Below are positions 10,931 through 24,987 of a stretch of 64,000 nucleotides of DNA, piece after piece. This stretch comes from Nemertoderma westbladi (Eukaryota; Animalia; Xenacoelomorpha). Made by a program: the position numbers and the translations under genes. The notes under the pieces are model-generated. The model did no database searches, was not told the DNA's origin, and saw only the letters and a list, made by a program, of their open reading frames with translations. Numbering within the stretch: the stretch's first letter is position 1; the number at the start of each line of letters is the position of its first letter. The stretch is taken from assembly GCA_032718475.1 (NCBI GenBank), contig JAUCBJ010008776.1:88536-152535 (forward strand), given 5' to 3'.

Positions 10931-13689
10931 AGAGAACGTATTATTTAAGGGGAGATGGTACCCCAGGCTATCCCCATTCATTTTACTATTAACACATATG
11001 TACCCATTACGCTGGTTCTACGAGATGGAATTTCATGAAAGCTTCCAGAAGGGCGGAGTAACTATCGAGACAAACCTGGAACCTAAAAAAAATAAATTTT
11101 TTTTTTGTTTCTATGTTTGAGGGTCACTTAATTGCACCAAAAACCAAAAAATGACACATTTTCGAAGTTTTTATAGAAATACATTTGATAATTGTTTTAA
11201 ACATATGTTTTTAGAGGTTCCACAATTGTGTCTCACTACAACAAACCTGCTGCGAAAATTTCAGCCAATTCCATCAAGCCGTTCTTGAGAGAAAGGAACA
11301 TTTATTTCTAAATTTCACGAAAAATAAGATGCTGAGAAAAACGCTTTTTAAGTTTTCAAACCTTCCCGCTAATTTTAAGTAAAATGCGGGAAATTTTAAA
11401 AATAAGCCAAAATATAATAAACTATTCCAGCGAACCAAAATTTACGATTTAGGGGTTTTCGTAGTCGCTGAATTCATTTCTGATATCTGTTTTAATGTTT
11501 GATGACATCTGGTCTGCCTGTCTGTCTGTTTGTTTGTCTGTCATTTAGTAATGTACACGACACACACCCTACTGTATGTAGCAGGGTGTGTGCTACGGAT
11601 AGTTATGGAATGTTCAACATCGAGAGTTGGTGTGGAATCCTCCCTGCATTATTACAAGATAGAGGATTGGAGCCTTTCGGTTGCCTCCAGTAGTGTTTCG
11701 ATTTTCACATGTTCACTTTTAACTTTATGTTTTACTAGCAGAACTCAACAACAGCTAATAATAATGATCATACATTTCGTGAAGATAATCGAAGTTAAAT
11801 GTCAATTTTTTGTCTTATTGGAGTTACCAAAAAGTTCAACAATAAGAAGCCTGTTCTAATGAGCTAATGAGCTGAGGAACCGAAAAATATATATATTTAA
11901 TTAAATGTGTTATTTAAATAAAACCAAGCAAAGTCAATACGACTGTGTACTGATGCTAATGACCATATATTTTGTGTACTTTTTATTTAAAACGGACATT
12001 AACATTTCGGCTACTAGTAATATTAAAACGTAAGATACACCCCAATGCGGGAACCAAATAGTATTATTTGTACACAGTTATTACATTGTTCTTTCTGCTC
12101 TGCCCATCGCATCGTGAATAAGGAAGGGGAGATTAAAGGCCATCACAACCACAACCCAGCACTGGAGGATTCCTGGTGTTTTCGCGGTAGTGATGGTGGG
12201 AGGGGGTTGGCCAGAGGGCTATGTTGCTTTGAAAGGGAAACTTTTTCTGCATCTAATGTTTAATTTTGGAAAATAATTACGTCACAATGACGTGAAAATT
12301 ACGTTTTAGGATGGTAGTTGACAATCCCCCCCCCCCCCCCCCCCCTTCCCAACCCCGCTATGTGTGCGATTTATCCTGATACCAATCCACACCTTACTCC
12401 CGGCCGATTCATTTAGTTTAGCGATTGTTGCCTTTAAAACGGATACATTAAGCAACTATTAATGGATCGGAATTGTCCCCCTGGCTGGGTCCAGCGGATG
12501 TTAGTTGGCCCAACGTGTTGAAGTATTCAGCAGACCAAATTCAAATTCAGCAGATTAAAACCCGTGATCAGCGGAAACTTACCCACAACTCCACACCATG
12601 AGTAGATATGAGTATATATGTATGATCCATTTACTTCTTCAGTACTAATTGTGTTTAATAATGAACAACCACCAACTATACCAATCGGTAGTGAATAAGA
12701 TCAATAATGAAAGGATTCTGAGTATAATATTCCAATATTATTGTCGGTAATAATGTAGTTCGTCAGTTTATCAGCATGAAACTGAAACTATGTTGCATTA
12801 TTCAGTATTCATGTTGTTTCACCACTTTAATTGACGATAAATTTTGAGCAGCAGTTTACTCTCGCATAAATTAATCTTCTATTAATCTACGCCGGAACTT
12901 TGGGTTTCTTGAGAGTGATATAAGAGATTATAGATTACTGTGTAGAAAAGTAGAAATTTGACACGATTAATTAACATTTAATAATGACGACCCCATTTGC
13001 TAAAGTTTCCAAAAACTCTCAAGAAATAAATCACTTCAAATAATCTATCACCAGTAATTCGAGATTGAGGTCGAATTGTTCCTTAGTTTTTAACTTTTGT
13101 GTGGGAGAATATTGTTCAAATATACAAAAATTCATAATTTTACAACGCTATCTCAAATGCAACATCATCCGTTCACTGAGAAGTTTTGACATGTTATGGG
13201 CGTTATGGGTCGATACACCATTTAAAACTACAACACTTTTAAGATTACGAAAAACACCTGGAACCAGATAAAAAAATTATTGAATGCGTTGATCCTGTTA
13301 TTTAGTTTTTATTATTCATAATACGTAATTGAGATAAAGATGGTAGTATTGTGAATTTATATTTATCTATTAATCCCGTGTCTGATGTGAATTTCAAATT
13401 ATACCTTTCTATCAAACAACCATCTCTGTAAGATAACACAAATTAGAGTTGAACTTCCAATGCAACAAAGCTGCTGCAATATAATTGAACTTACAGTAAC
13501 AACAACTGCAGTTCTAACTTGTGGTGCTTCAAAGATTTCTACTACAGTAGGAAGTGTTGGTTATCCTAATATCCTACGATGAGTAGTGTAAGTTGATGGA
13601 TATCAGGATATGCCTCACGAGAGTGTAAAATTGAAATTGTAATTTCTGGCGTATTAATAAGCCAACATTCGTTGTCCGTAGAGAAAGAG

Positions 13690-13762
13690 TTCAACCTTGG
13701 GAATTATTGTGGCGCCCACCCTACTTAACAGATAGCAGAAAGGAGCCTTCGGGTTGCCTCTC
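13690..13762 (+). mobile_element. Old partial copy of the same SINE family
   Basis: gcgcccaccctac...gatagcagaaaggagccttcgggttgcctc resembles 8565-8623. Confidence 0.5.
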
Positions 13763-13909
13763 TGCGACATCGTGTTTCCTATTCACTGATCACCTCCTAC
13801 TTTACTTATGAATGTCCCCTGAGATCTAATGTCCTAAGTCACACAATCGTGTGAAAGTACATTCACTCCCAACAATGAGTAGCCAAAAACAAATACAAGC
13901 AAAGGTGCA

Positions 13910-14535
13910 CATAGGCGTACGAACGGGGGGAGGGGGGACTATTGCCCCTCACAGCAAATTTGTAGGGGGCGAAATTACAGGCATTAAAGGGGCGAAATTT
14001 TTGAGTTTAAAACCTTTTCCCAACAGTATTATATAAGTATATATCTACTTACATGTATACCATACGTTTTTAGCGTCATTTTTAAAGTTTTTACATCTTC
14101 ACCCTCATGATTGAATCCTACTCCACAAGTAACAGTAACTAATAACAACAGCAAAATCGCTCAAAGGTCCGCGTCTGCTAACGCATGAAATGTTTCCACC
14201 TTGAAAATTGCTTACTAGCAAACTTACTAACAAAAAAATTCACCGGAAAATGGGATTGAACTCGGTACCTATATATTATCAATCCAACGCTCCCGCGGAC
14301 CTAATAAAATAAACCGCTAAATGAGAAATATAGTGATAGAAATTGCACTAAAATATTTAAAATTTTTGGCAGTTTTGAGTAAGTGAATATTCTTAGTGGT
14401 CCCCACGCGACACCGTACAGCCCGCCAATTATACAATTTTTGAAATATTATTTCAACATTTTTTTTTGTTGGGTGGTGGGGTGAGGGGGGGGGGGGGGGT
14501 GATTGACAATGGGGGCGAAAATGAGGGGGTCGTTA

Positions 14536-14570
<35 letters not shown>

Positions 14571-14592
14571 AAATGGTTCGCGTACGCATATG
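13910..14592. mobile_element. Non-autonomous hAT-like element
   Basis: Termini cataggcgtacg ... cgtacgcatatg. Flanking 8-mers aaggtgca / aaggcaca match at 6 of 8 positions, like an aged 8-bp TSD. Subterminal ggggcgaaa repeats. Confidence 0.65.
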
Positions 14593-16050
14593 AAGGCACA
14601 AGCGCAAACCTATTAAGTATCATTTAGACTCTAATATGACATAGAATTGATGGTAGGTTTTTAAATCCGATTTCTCTATCTCCCTTGTCCAAAAATCTAA
14701 TAGAATTATTCATGTTGAACCATAAGTTCCACAGCTCCACACAATTGATAATTAATTATTCAACGTAGGATAGTTAACATGAGATACTGACTATTGTATA
14801 AGATCAAGCAAGATGTCAAGGAGAGTGCGTTACCACCTGCAACCCACAACCATACAGCAAGTGTACGCCTGTTAAACCTAGCTTTAAAATCTGCATATTA
14901 TTAATAATTCGTAATGATCTCAAATATTTAGAAAAAAGTAATAAGTTATACTAATATTTGTAACTTTGGTGAATCTAGGCCTATAGAAAGGCCTACAGTA
15001 TTGTAGAAGTAATTAATCTACTTATTAATTATTATTAATGAATATTATACACTAACCGGTCCGTATTTGTATTTTCTAATTCCTGAAACGGTGTTCCGTC
15101 TCTTTTCAATGTCGCCAATTACTTTTCCTGAAGCTGTTAGGGTAAGAATAATGTTGATTACAACAACAACTATAATCAGACGTCCGATAGAAAACATTAT
15201 CAATCTGGGGATAAATCATAATAATGACAAATATATTATATTTCATTCATAACAAAGATGATAATTATATGGTCCAAATAAAAACAGTTTTATCTGATGA
15301 GTAAATATATTGTATTAGGGGGACCGCACCAATCAGGGCCTATTTTTATATTTATTTATTTTTTAACACATTTCCTGTCCAAAAAGTCTTTGAAATTTTT
15401 TAAATAAGTCAAATTTTTCAGTCATATCCTATATAATGCAAATTTTCATGCTGAATCCAAATATGGAAACCGTTTTCCCATATCTTGCTTAGATTTCGAG
15501 ATATCTGGTGTAGAAGATACTGGCTCCGATATATATTATGCTATGTATAGATATATAATGTATGTACTGTATAATGTAATGTATATAATGTATAAGATAG
15601 ATATATATACTGGGCTGCGATTATCGGTAAATGCGATGAAGTTTGAGGTTTAGGTTAAATTTCTGCAAATTTATGTGCTGTGGTGCCAATTGGGTGTCTC
15701 CACAAGAAAATTAATTAAATTAATTAAATAAAATTGTAATAAATAAGGTATTTTTTTATGATTATTGGACCTACTACTGGTCAATTTATCTCTTTTTACC
15801 CCTTTTTTCTTTTAGCTGTTTTGAAGCCTTTTTTTGAAATTACCCTTATGCCCCTTTTTTTGTTCTTATGACCCCTTTTTTTCGACATTCAGACTGTACT
15901 GAATCAACATCCAGACTGTGATTCACACATCCAGACTGTAATTTGCACAGTAAACGAATAGAACATTGAATAAAATCAAATACGAATTACATTACAAAAT
16001 ATAATTGAATTAAATCAACACTGTGCAGCTCTCCTAACAACTCTCCTTAA

Positions 16051-18968
16051 CACTAGAAGCCCCAAGCGGTCATTTTTGACCGTTTTGCAAATTCAAATCG
16101 AATTATCTCTGCTGCTATGTATTGTATAAATATGAAATTTCTTGACTTTTCCGGGTTTATCCTTAGGTAATCAAAAATGAAAAAGAAAATAAAAAATTTC
16201 ATTTCGTTCTCTCAAAAAATTGAAATATCCGAAAAGCCCCATAGGGGTCAAAAATGACCGCTATGGCTAGATAGTGTTACGCACAGTATTAGTGAAGTGG
16301 TAGGTAAGTGAAATAAAGTTTATTGCAGGTAGGCTCAGTCTGCTATACCGTAGTAAGTATCCCAGACTCGCCTTGGTAGCTTAGTATATTTTGTGGGTTT
16401 CTATCCGATCGGATCCGCTCTGATCCGTTAGGATCTGACCCGCCCTAATACCAGCAATAGTCCACCAATCAATAAATTGTTTTTAGTAACGTAGTTTAAA
16501 ATATTTTCAAGAGTGGTAATTTTAAATAGGTAATTTATAATATTCATTCAGGCAATGTGGACTGCAGTACTGCCCTACACACCACTAACCTGGCCAAAAT
16601 AATGGTAGACTACGGCAGTGGGGTTTCACTAGGGTTTGTGATTTTGTGACAAGATCAGTACCGGTACACACGACACAGATACCTACTGTAAAGGTGAAAG
16701 ATATTAGGTACCGGTATCAGTAAGAGGATTTCACCATGGATGCTGTTAGAAAAACCTATCCATTGCGTCAGCGGACAAGAGCAGCATCCGACACTACCAG
16801 CGGTAGTAGTACTGCTCCTGCAAGCGAATCTGCTTCTACTTGTGGGGATTTGAATGTCACGCAACAAACCCCATCTGAACCACTACCTGTACCGGAGCTG
16901 GCACCGATAATGGTAGGCGTACCAGTAGGCCCAGAAGAAAGTGGTGATGAATACAGTTGTAGCGGAGATGAAAGTAGCGAGAGGGAGAGCGACATCAATT
17001 GTGAGTTTCTTGGGTTTTCGAGCTCGGATTCGGATGAAGATCCTATCTCTGAATCTGATTATCCAGACTCGGGTGCATTGATGGGTAAGGATGGGACGAA
17101 GTGGTCCGTTCTTGAGGCAGGTGGATGTAAAGGTAGAGCAGCTGCACGTAATGTTTTCAAGGAATGTGTTGGTGTCAAACCTTATATAAAGAATAGAGTA
17201 TCAGATGAATATACAGCTTGGAAGGAGTTTATTTCTGAACCAATTCTCAACACTATTTTGAAATATACGAACAAATTTGCTAAAGAGAAACTGAAAGTAG
17301 ATCTCAATTTGACTTCTGTAGAACTGGAAGCTTTCATTGCTATACAATATGCCCGTGGATTTTATGGCAAACATCTGCCAGTGAAGTTACTTTGGGCTAA
17401 TAAATATCTTTCGGGAAATTATGTCTAGAAATCGTTTTTCTCTAATAAAGCGCTGCTTTGCTTTTGATGACAGAGTTTCTAGGCGAAGTGGTATGATCGC
17501 AATTGCAGATGTATTTTACCCCATCAGAGAAGTGTTCGATATTTTCGTTGAAAACTGTAGTTCAAAGTACATTCCGAATTATTCACTAACTATAGATGAG
17601 CAATTACTACCCTTTAAAGGAAGGTGTAAATTTATATCTTTCATGCCCAAGAAACCCGATAAGTATGGGCTCAAATTTTGGGTCTTGGTTGACATGGCGA
17701 CTAAGTATGTTGTAATGATAATCCCGTATTTGGGTAAAGAAGAGTCGAGAACTCTGCCGCTGGGTGAGGATGTTGTGCTGAAGTTGATGGCCGGTAATTT
17801 CAATCGGGGCTATAATGTAACCATGGACAACTTCTTCACTTCCCTTACACTGGCGTCCAAACTGTCAAATCTGAAAACAACCCTCGTTGGTACAATGAGA
17901 CAGAATCGGCGAGAACTGTGTCACAACGAGATCCTCAAGAAATCTGGTGGCGATTTGTTCGATAGTAGGTTCTTCTGGAACGAAGCAAGTTCTGCTCTGG
18001 CAGTGTCTTACCGATGTAAGAAGAACAAATTCGTTGTCTTACTATCGACTCTGCACGACAGTGCGATAATAACGGATACGAAATCGAATAAAAAAATTCC
18101 TGAAATTATCGAATTCTATAACGCAAATAAGTGTGGAGTTGACATCTTTGATCAGACGAGTCGGGTCTATACAACTAAGGTAGGTGGTCGACGTTGGCCA
18201 ATGGCTGTCTGGGCTAATATTCTGGATATTGCGGGAATAAATTCTTGGCTAACTTATAAGGAGTGTGTTGGTTCGAAGATTTCTCGCCGTACATTTCTGT
18301 TTCAACTCCTCACTGGTCTGTCAAAGTCATATATCGGTCAAAGAACATCAGGTAGTCCTGAGTTGCCAATGGCAACAGCCGCCGCACCTGATTGTTTGGT
18401 GGTGACCGACTGTGTTGCCAAAGTCTCATTAAAGAAGCATCAATGTCACACACAGGGCTGTGGCAACAAAACGAATTTAACTTGTCTAATGTGTTGTCAT
18501 CCCGGCTGTGGGAATTGTATTACTGAACAAGTAAAATACGTCCGTGTTATTTGCAACGACTGTCACAACGACTGATTCTACTCTATAGAGGTATATAGCT
18601 ATATACACTATACAGTATAATGCTTATCTATAAAATCTGATAGAAATATCAGTATGTTTGTAGGTAGGATACCAGTTTAGATCTTAATTTGAATAATATT
18701 CATCGGTCAAATTTAATAAAAACGTAAAATTAATAACATTCATTGTTAATAACAAAAATAGTATATATATGCTGTTTATAGATATATAATAATATATATT
18801 TCTATATATTATATTTTATTATTACATATGTATAGAATATATGCTATATATATACTAATATGCTATCTCTGCGGGTGTAACAAGCCAATTTCATTCTGAT
18901 TTCAAGTGGCGGTCAAAAATGACCCCTGCGGGGCTTAAAGGGGGTCAATTTCTCTGGGGCTTCTAGTG
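16051..18968 (+). mobile_element. Full-length piggyBac transposon
   Basis: TTAA at 16047-16050 and 18969-18972. Perfect 14-bp TIR CACTAGAAGCCCCA. Subterminal ggtca(a/t)5tgacc motifs at ~16067, 16246 and 18910. Internal transposase. Confidence 0.95.
16736..18575 (+). pseudogene. piggyBac transposase split by one frameshift near 17405
   Basis: Acidic N-terminus, MSRNRF, catalytic IDEQL / MDNFF / GVDIFDQ, MPKKPDKYGLK, and a C-terminal Cys-rich domain. ORFs 16736-17428 and 17421-18575 are in different frames. Confidence 0.9.
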
Positions 18969-18999
18969 TTAACATGCACACAAGATGGTGACTATAAGG

Positions 19000-19190
19000 C
19001 ATTTTTCTAACCAAAAATAATCGATCAGGATCACTTTAACCAATTTAGGGAAAGTAGCAGGTTACAGTGGCGGGCTTTTCTAACCAAAACAATAAACGAT
19101 CACTTTAACAATTGAGGGAAAGGTGCAGGTTACAGAGGCTGGTTTTCCTAACCAAAACAATAAACAATCACTTTTTCTAAACAAAACAAT
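19000..19190 (+). repeat. Short tandem array of ~70-77-bp unit (ttttctaaccaaaacaataaacg...gcaggttacagaggcgggc)
   Basis: 2-3 units here; the same unit occurs at 56390-56700. Confidence 0.75.
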
Positions 19191-20189
19191 ATTGGCATTG
19201 TTGATCTTGATGGCAGTAAGGCAGGGTATATAATATAATATATAATAGGCATAATATAATATATAATGGGCATAATATATAATATAATATGGAATATGGT
19301 ATAAAATACAGTAATCACAATAATTATGGTCAATTACAACAGAAATCAAGACAGCTGGTTAATGCTGCACAGTAGGCCTACAGTACCGTAAACTAGTCTC
19401 TGCTATGGTTCCGCGTCATTCAGCAGCACCACACAACCAAATTCCGCACGCTTATAATGAGGCGTTACCTACTGTACTGTGTCAGCCTATAGGCCTACTA
19501 TACTGTAATACCGATACAGGTACTACTAAAATCAGAAGAACAGTAGCACAGTAGTAGATACCGGTACCGGTACATTAAAAAAGGGGCCATTAAAATAATA
19601 ATATATATGTTCATATAAATATAAATATATTATTTTTATTTATTAATAGTGTGTAAATAAAAAAACGACTGCTGCAGTTTCCTAGAAATGATATCAATTG
19701 CAATATTGATTGGGGTGTGAAGAGCATTAGTAATTTCGATCAGGTTGCTTGAATATCCTATATCACATTATTATACCAATTAATTAGGCATTACGTCTGA
19801 GTAACGGTATTCTGGTCGGAAAAGTACTCAGGAAAATTACCTGTTGCATTTCCTGCTACGCTTCAATCAGATATATAACTTGAGTTTTATAAAATAAAGC
19901 AGTGATATTATTGGGATGTGTGTACCACCCAATAGAAATTCTCATGAATGAAGCCTATGATCCTTATTTGAAGTTGTTCTTGTTCTTAGTGCTCCTCTTT
20001 CTCTCCTGCACTAACTATGTATAGCCTCGCACAAAGGCAGCTACAGATTCGATTACACACTTAACAAAAGGAAATTGCAATCTACGTCTTGGAACGTAGT
20101 GCAAGTAAGTATAATTAGATTGGATTTGATTACATGCAATGTTAGATGATTGCAATACTTTTTTTTATATATAAAAGGTAACAACGTCA

Positions 20190-20324
20190 ATAAAATGAGG
20201 TCCAATTGAATAACTAAGAGCAAAATATGGGATAGTAGTGCCCACCCTACCTCAGGGTAGCAGCTATCGAAAGAGGAGCCTTCAGGTCGTGTCTGGTGGT
20301 TACAGCCGAATGTTTGCTTGCTTG
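20190..20324 (+). mobile_element. 5'-truncated copy of the SINE at 8204-8646
   Basis: taaaatgag...gggatagtagtgcccaccctacctcagggtagcagctatcgaaagaggagcctt...tgtttgcttg aligns with 8516-8646. Confidence 0.8.
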
Positions 20325-20937
20325 AAAGTACTTCTCAAACATCAAGTCTAGAGCAAAAATTGTCTCCAAACGTTAAACAAGTAAAATAACTCACTGGAGG
20401 CAACTGAGTGGGTATTTTAGTATTTAGTATTTTAATAAAATAATACAGCGGTTCTTCTAATAATGTAACATAACCAGCAAAATAATAAAAACAAAGAAAA
20501 AGTAAATAGCTAGTTTTAAATTCAAAACTCTTTAAACAAAATTAATATTTTAAAATAACCGCGTACAGGCTGGGAATGTCTCTTGCATTATCGAGTCACT
20601 GAACTACACGCCACCGATACCAGTAAAAGAACTTTAACATAACAATGTGATAGCATGGTCAGCTGACACGCATGTGTATTTTTCCCGAACGTTTTTTGGA
20701 AAAAACCAAAGTTCGTATTCGTGCTGATTCCATCTCTCGTAACAACACTGAATTATCTACAGTACCACCACAGTACCACCACGGTACCTATTTTATGTTG
20801 ATCTATTTACAGTTTGTGCTCGTAATCTATGTGATTATAATAATAATTATATAATAAAATAACCGCCATTTTCCACATTGCCATTAACCTACTGTAGCAT
20901 TAGAATTCTTGGGAACAGTTTATCAAATTCGGCAATA

Positions 20938-21003
20938 ACGCCCAGGTGAGATCGAACTGGTAACCTTCACATTGGAATCATGGCGCTCTAACAATTTCGC
21001 TTG
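20938..21003 (-). other. Degenerate tRNA-like sequence (SINE head or tRNA pseudogene)
   Basis: Minus strand reads agcgaaattgttagagcgcc...ccagttcgatctcacctgggc, giving A-box-like and B-box (GTTCGA) motifs at tRNA spacing. The stems pair poorly. Confidence 0.4.
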
Positions 21004-24000
21004 AGGCTCAGGTAAAAGGAAAGGGAGAACTAGAAACACTACCTGATCCGCAATGTACGTCCTCATGACCTCCCATCCGCATCTGTCATTTGGCCGTCTT
21101 TAACCACTTGCTACAATGAAATGGTATATTAACCATGAACCATCACGGTCACCTAATTATTACCTAGTATAGATCTGTATCCGATCCGAAGGGGAGTATT
21201 GCTCATAGTATACAGAAAACCAATAAATTTCGCAAGGGTAGCCAGCTAGATCATAACGTGGCGTAAGGAGCAGTGGTCGGTAGGATTTGTGGAACTTATG
21301 AAGATTATATTTCTAGATAATATTTGATAAATCATAATGTTACTATCTTATAATTGTTCGCATAGCGCAGCTGCGGTCAATTGAAATGGAACGTTACTTT
21401 AGAGTTGGGATGTATGAACCAGCATTATCAATTACCAACACAATGAATTCTCCTATTGTTCAAAACCTAATATTTTTTTCCGCGCATATCTTTTATTGTT
21501 TTATAAATCTATAATCTATGTAGTGTGCTCTTCGAAAGATAACGATTGAAGATTTATTGAATGGAATATGACCCCCCCCCCCCCCCCCCCCATGCCACGA
21601 ACTTCCATCTTATATAATTCGCAAAAAATTCATCAGTTGAAATTCGAAAAGATAATCATAATTTTATGATTGTCTGTATGCTATTCCAATTATTAGGAAA
21701 TTATAAAAATCAAATCAAATATTGAAATGAACGTATGGAGGGCTTAGAAATAAACCTATTAAGTAAAATAATTGAAGTTTATATTATTGCGCATCTCAAA
21801 TATACGAATTTTATCGGATTCATTAATTAAAGTACCAGAGAAGTAAAGTTTGTGAATGTTCACGTCCAGTGAAGCGAGAAAGTGGATGGTAATCGGATGA
21901 TGTACTGTAAGCTCTCTTACACTATAAACCAATGATTGGCATAAAAGTATGTAGCATTGCCTTTATGCAATCTATTTTTGTTACAAATTCATCCGTAATT
22001 TGCACAATTTGATATCATTTTCATTTTTTATTTGCTCGGAAGAAGCACATGAGGGTGAAACACTTAAACACTAGATATTGATTAAAAAACTTACAATACA
22101 AAATTCGAGCGAAATGACGAGTTATCCAGTAATTTATTTTATGCTTAAAAATGTTTTTAGGAATTGATGTGGGTTTGAACCTCCTCCTCTTAATGCAACA
22201 TAAATTTACAATTTTTTCACTGAAACTCGCATGGGAGTATACAGTAAATGTTTTCGTTTGATTTTAGTAGGTAATAATGCCCAACATCAATCGGATCTCG
22301 ATATCGTGTAATTGCCATTCATGAAATCGTTTCCTCGAGGAACGGCTATGATAAAACATTTCAATTTAGATTCAAATTTACTGCTGAAAATGAACTAATA
22401 TTACATGATTACATTGCAGTTGAAACTATAATGTTTTTGAATTAAATTTTAAAAGATCTAACTTAACCTATTTCTCCAAAACTCCATTATCGATAACACT
22501 GCGTACCACAGATAATTTACATGAATTTTTACTCGCAATGACCAAGAAAAATATATTTGATCGGACCAATGGATATTTTATTATCGTACTAGAGATAATT
22601 ATATAAAGATGATAACCATGTTATTACTTATTCTACGCCCAAATGCGTCACACTGCCGCTTTTTACCATTTTCAAAATTTTAAATCTTTCACTTTTGAAC
22701 GCCATGAGCATCACACAGCCGCCTTAATCATTTCTAAAATATATTTTTGGCTAAATTTAAATTAAATTTCATAAATTATGTAATTTAAAGTACCCTCAAT
22801 CCAATAGGAATCCCTTCAAGCAATATTAAATTAACTTTTCTTAGACCAGTTTTTCCTGCCCAACACGAATATGAATTTTTCCGTCCCAATAGTTATAAGA
22901 AAGTTACAAGATGTTTTAAATAAAGGCGGCACCCTGCCGCCCTGGGGGTCAGGATAATATATATAAAGGCGGCACTCTGTCGCCCTGGGGATTAAGTTAT
23001 AATTATATAAAGGCTACACACTGCCGCCTTAATGAACATGGTCCTGAATTATTTAGAATTTTTTAACCCTACTTTTGGCTCTTTTTTTAGACGTTTTTTG
23101 AAAATTACATTTCATGAAATATGATTTATAATCTATTTTTCATCCTTTTTTATAACTCTATTTTTCATTTACACAGTTTTTGTGGTGTTTGCAATTAGAT
23201 GGAATTCATATAAAATAAGCTAGAAATTTCAAAGTTTTTTTCGGCGAGTGCTAAATTTTTGTACCAACACCAAATTTTGAAATATGTCAATTTTGTAAAT
23301 TGATGGTTTGAACCTGTTTTTTGCGCAATAGGGGTTTTTAGGGGTTCTGGTTTCGTTGGAATATATACGAGCTGTACCAGACATATCAAACTTGTGGTGC
23401 CAGCACGAAATTTTAAAAATTCATTCACTAGTTAAAATGATTGTGACAACTAATTTCTAACATTTTATAGTAGAGGTTTATAGGGGTTCTGAATTCAATG
23501 GAATAAAAAATTATCTAACTAGAAATCTCAAACTTGTATTTTTCGGAAGTTGGTGCAAAATTTAGTGATAGCACCAAATTTTGTTCTGGAGTATTAGAAA
23601 ATGTATTCCATTAGAAACAATCGCATCGTATAAGTGAATTAAAACTTTTGTGTTCAAAATGAAAAGTGCTACTTACTTGTTTTTACCTTGTCGCCTACGT
23701 AGAGGACTAAAACAGCCATTTATAGTAATCAGATCATGTTTAAACATTTTCCAATGAAATCAGCGCCCCAGAAAACATGTATTGGAAAAGATTAGCTGAA
23801 AATTGTAACTTTCAAATTTGTTGAAAATTGTTCGCTACTTGAAATTTTGGTGCTGAAAAATAATCATCCCAGTAAATTTTTTCGAAGTTTTTCTCGGTCT
23901 GATTCGGAGTAGTGAATTAATTTTACGTACAAACAAAAAATCAGACGTTTTTTGTTTAACTTTGTAGATTTTAGAGGGGATGTCAATATGATCCCCCCCC

Positions 24001-24987
24001 CCCCCCCACCCCCGGTATTTGTACAAAACAAATGTATCTCCTTCTTCAATCTTTATCTGATTTGGCTATTGTTTTTGTTTGAAAGCCCTGTCTCTCCTGA
24101 ACAGATTCCTTAGATGGATTATTGAATTTCGCTCTCGTTCTTGAGAAACGTGAGATTAAATCCAGTGTAGTCTATAAAAAATGAAAATTTCATGACTTCG
24201 TGTCACAACAAGTGCAATAAAATCATTTTGAAAAAGAAATTCAAAAATTAGGGGTTCTAAGGTTCTATAAAGGGCAGTGTACCTACTTGTAGGAGGACAC
24301 TTAATAACATCATAATTTTATAATAGGGGCCAATAACATTGGAATAATAATGAATAAAAACTTTCTTAAAAACAAAACCTGAGCGTCGAAGTCATAAATA
24401 TCAGTGTAGAATTTGGCAACTTGCGGGAATGGCAGAAATGATGCCAGTTGGACAATATTACCTACCATACCGGTAATACTACCTATCTAACATCTCCCTT
24501 GAGTTATGCGATTGCAAAGTTGTAAGTAATTGTGTTATTAACTGGTAAATGGGATTCGTTTGATCCCATCCAAACCACACACATAGTAAAGGATGCGCCT
24601 CTGGGGAAAAACTGGCCAATTAATGTTAAAGTTCTCCAACAAAAAGTGTATAATAGCCAACTACTGTAGTGACAACCTTGAGTTGTCAAAATACTCCTAT
24701 CAATATTCTAGTTAAATCCATGTCCATCGTATTTTTTTTTACTTAACATTTTTTGTATTTATGTACCTTATGTTTGATTTACTGCTTTTACTAAAAAAAA
24801 CTATTTCGTGTATGAACAAGAAAATAAAATAAAATATAAAATATAATAAAAAAATAAAATGGTCCATTATCGTCATGATTGCTGTGCTATATAATATGTA
24901 TGACACCAACTATTTTTTGTTTAAAATAAACTACTTATAGGCCTAGTAATAATTGCTTGCAAGATATACTACTACTACATATGGCCT

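Noticed and set aside
10990-11500. Possible MITE truncating the BEL element
   Set aside because: The composition is suggestive, but no convincing TIR pair or TSD was found by eye.
17395-17430. Programmed frameshift in the piggyBac transposase
   Set aside because: No slippery heptamer is evident, and conserved residues appear to be missing at the junction, which fits a deletion.
22620-24310. Possible non-autonomous DNA transposon(s) with repeated ctgccgcc and ggggttct motifs
   Set aside because: It looks repeat-derived, but I could not define matching termini or a TSD.
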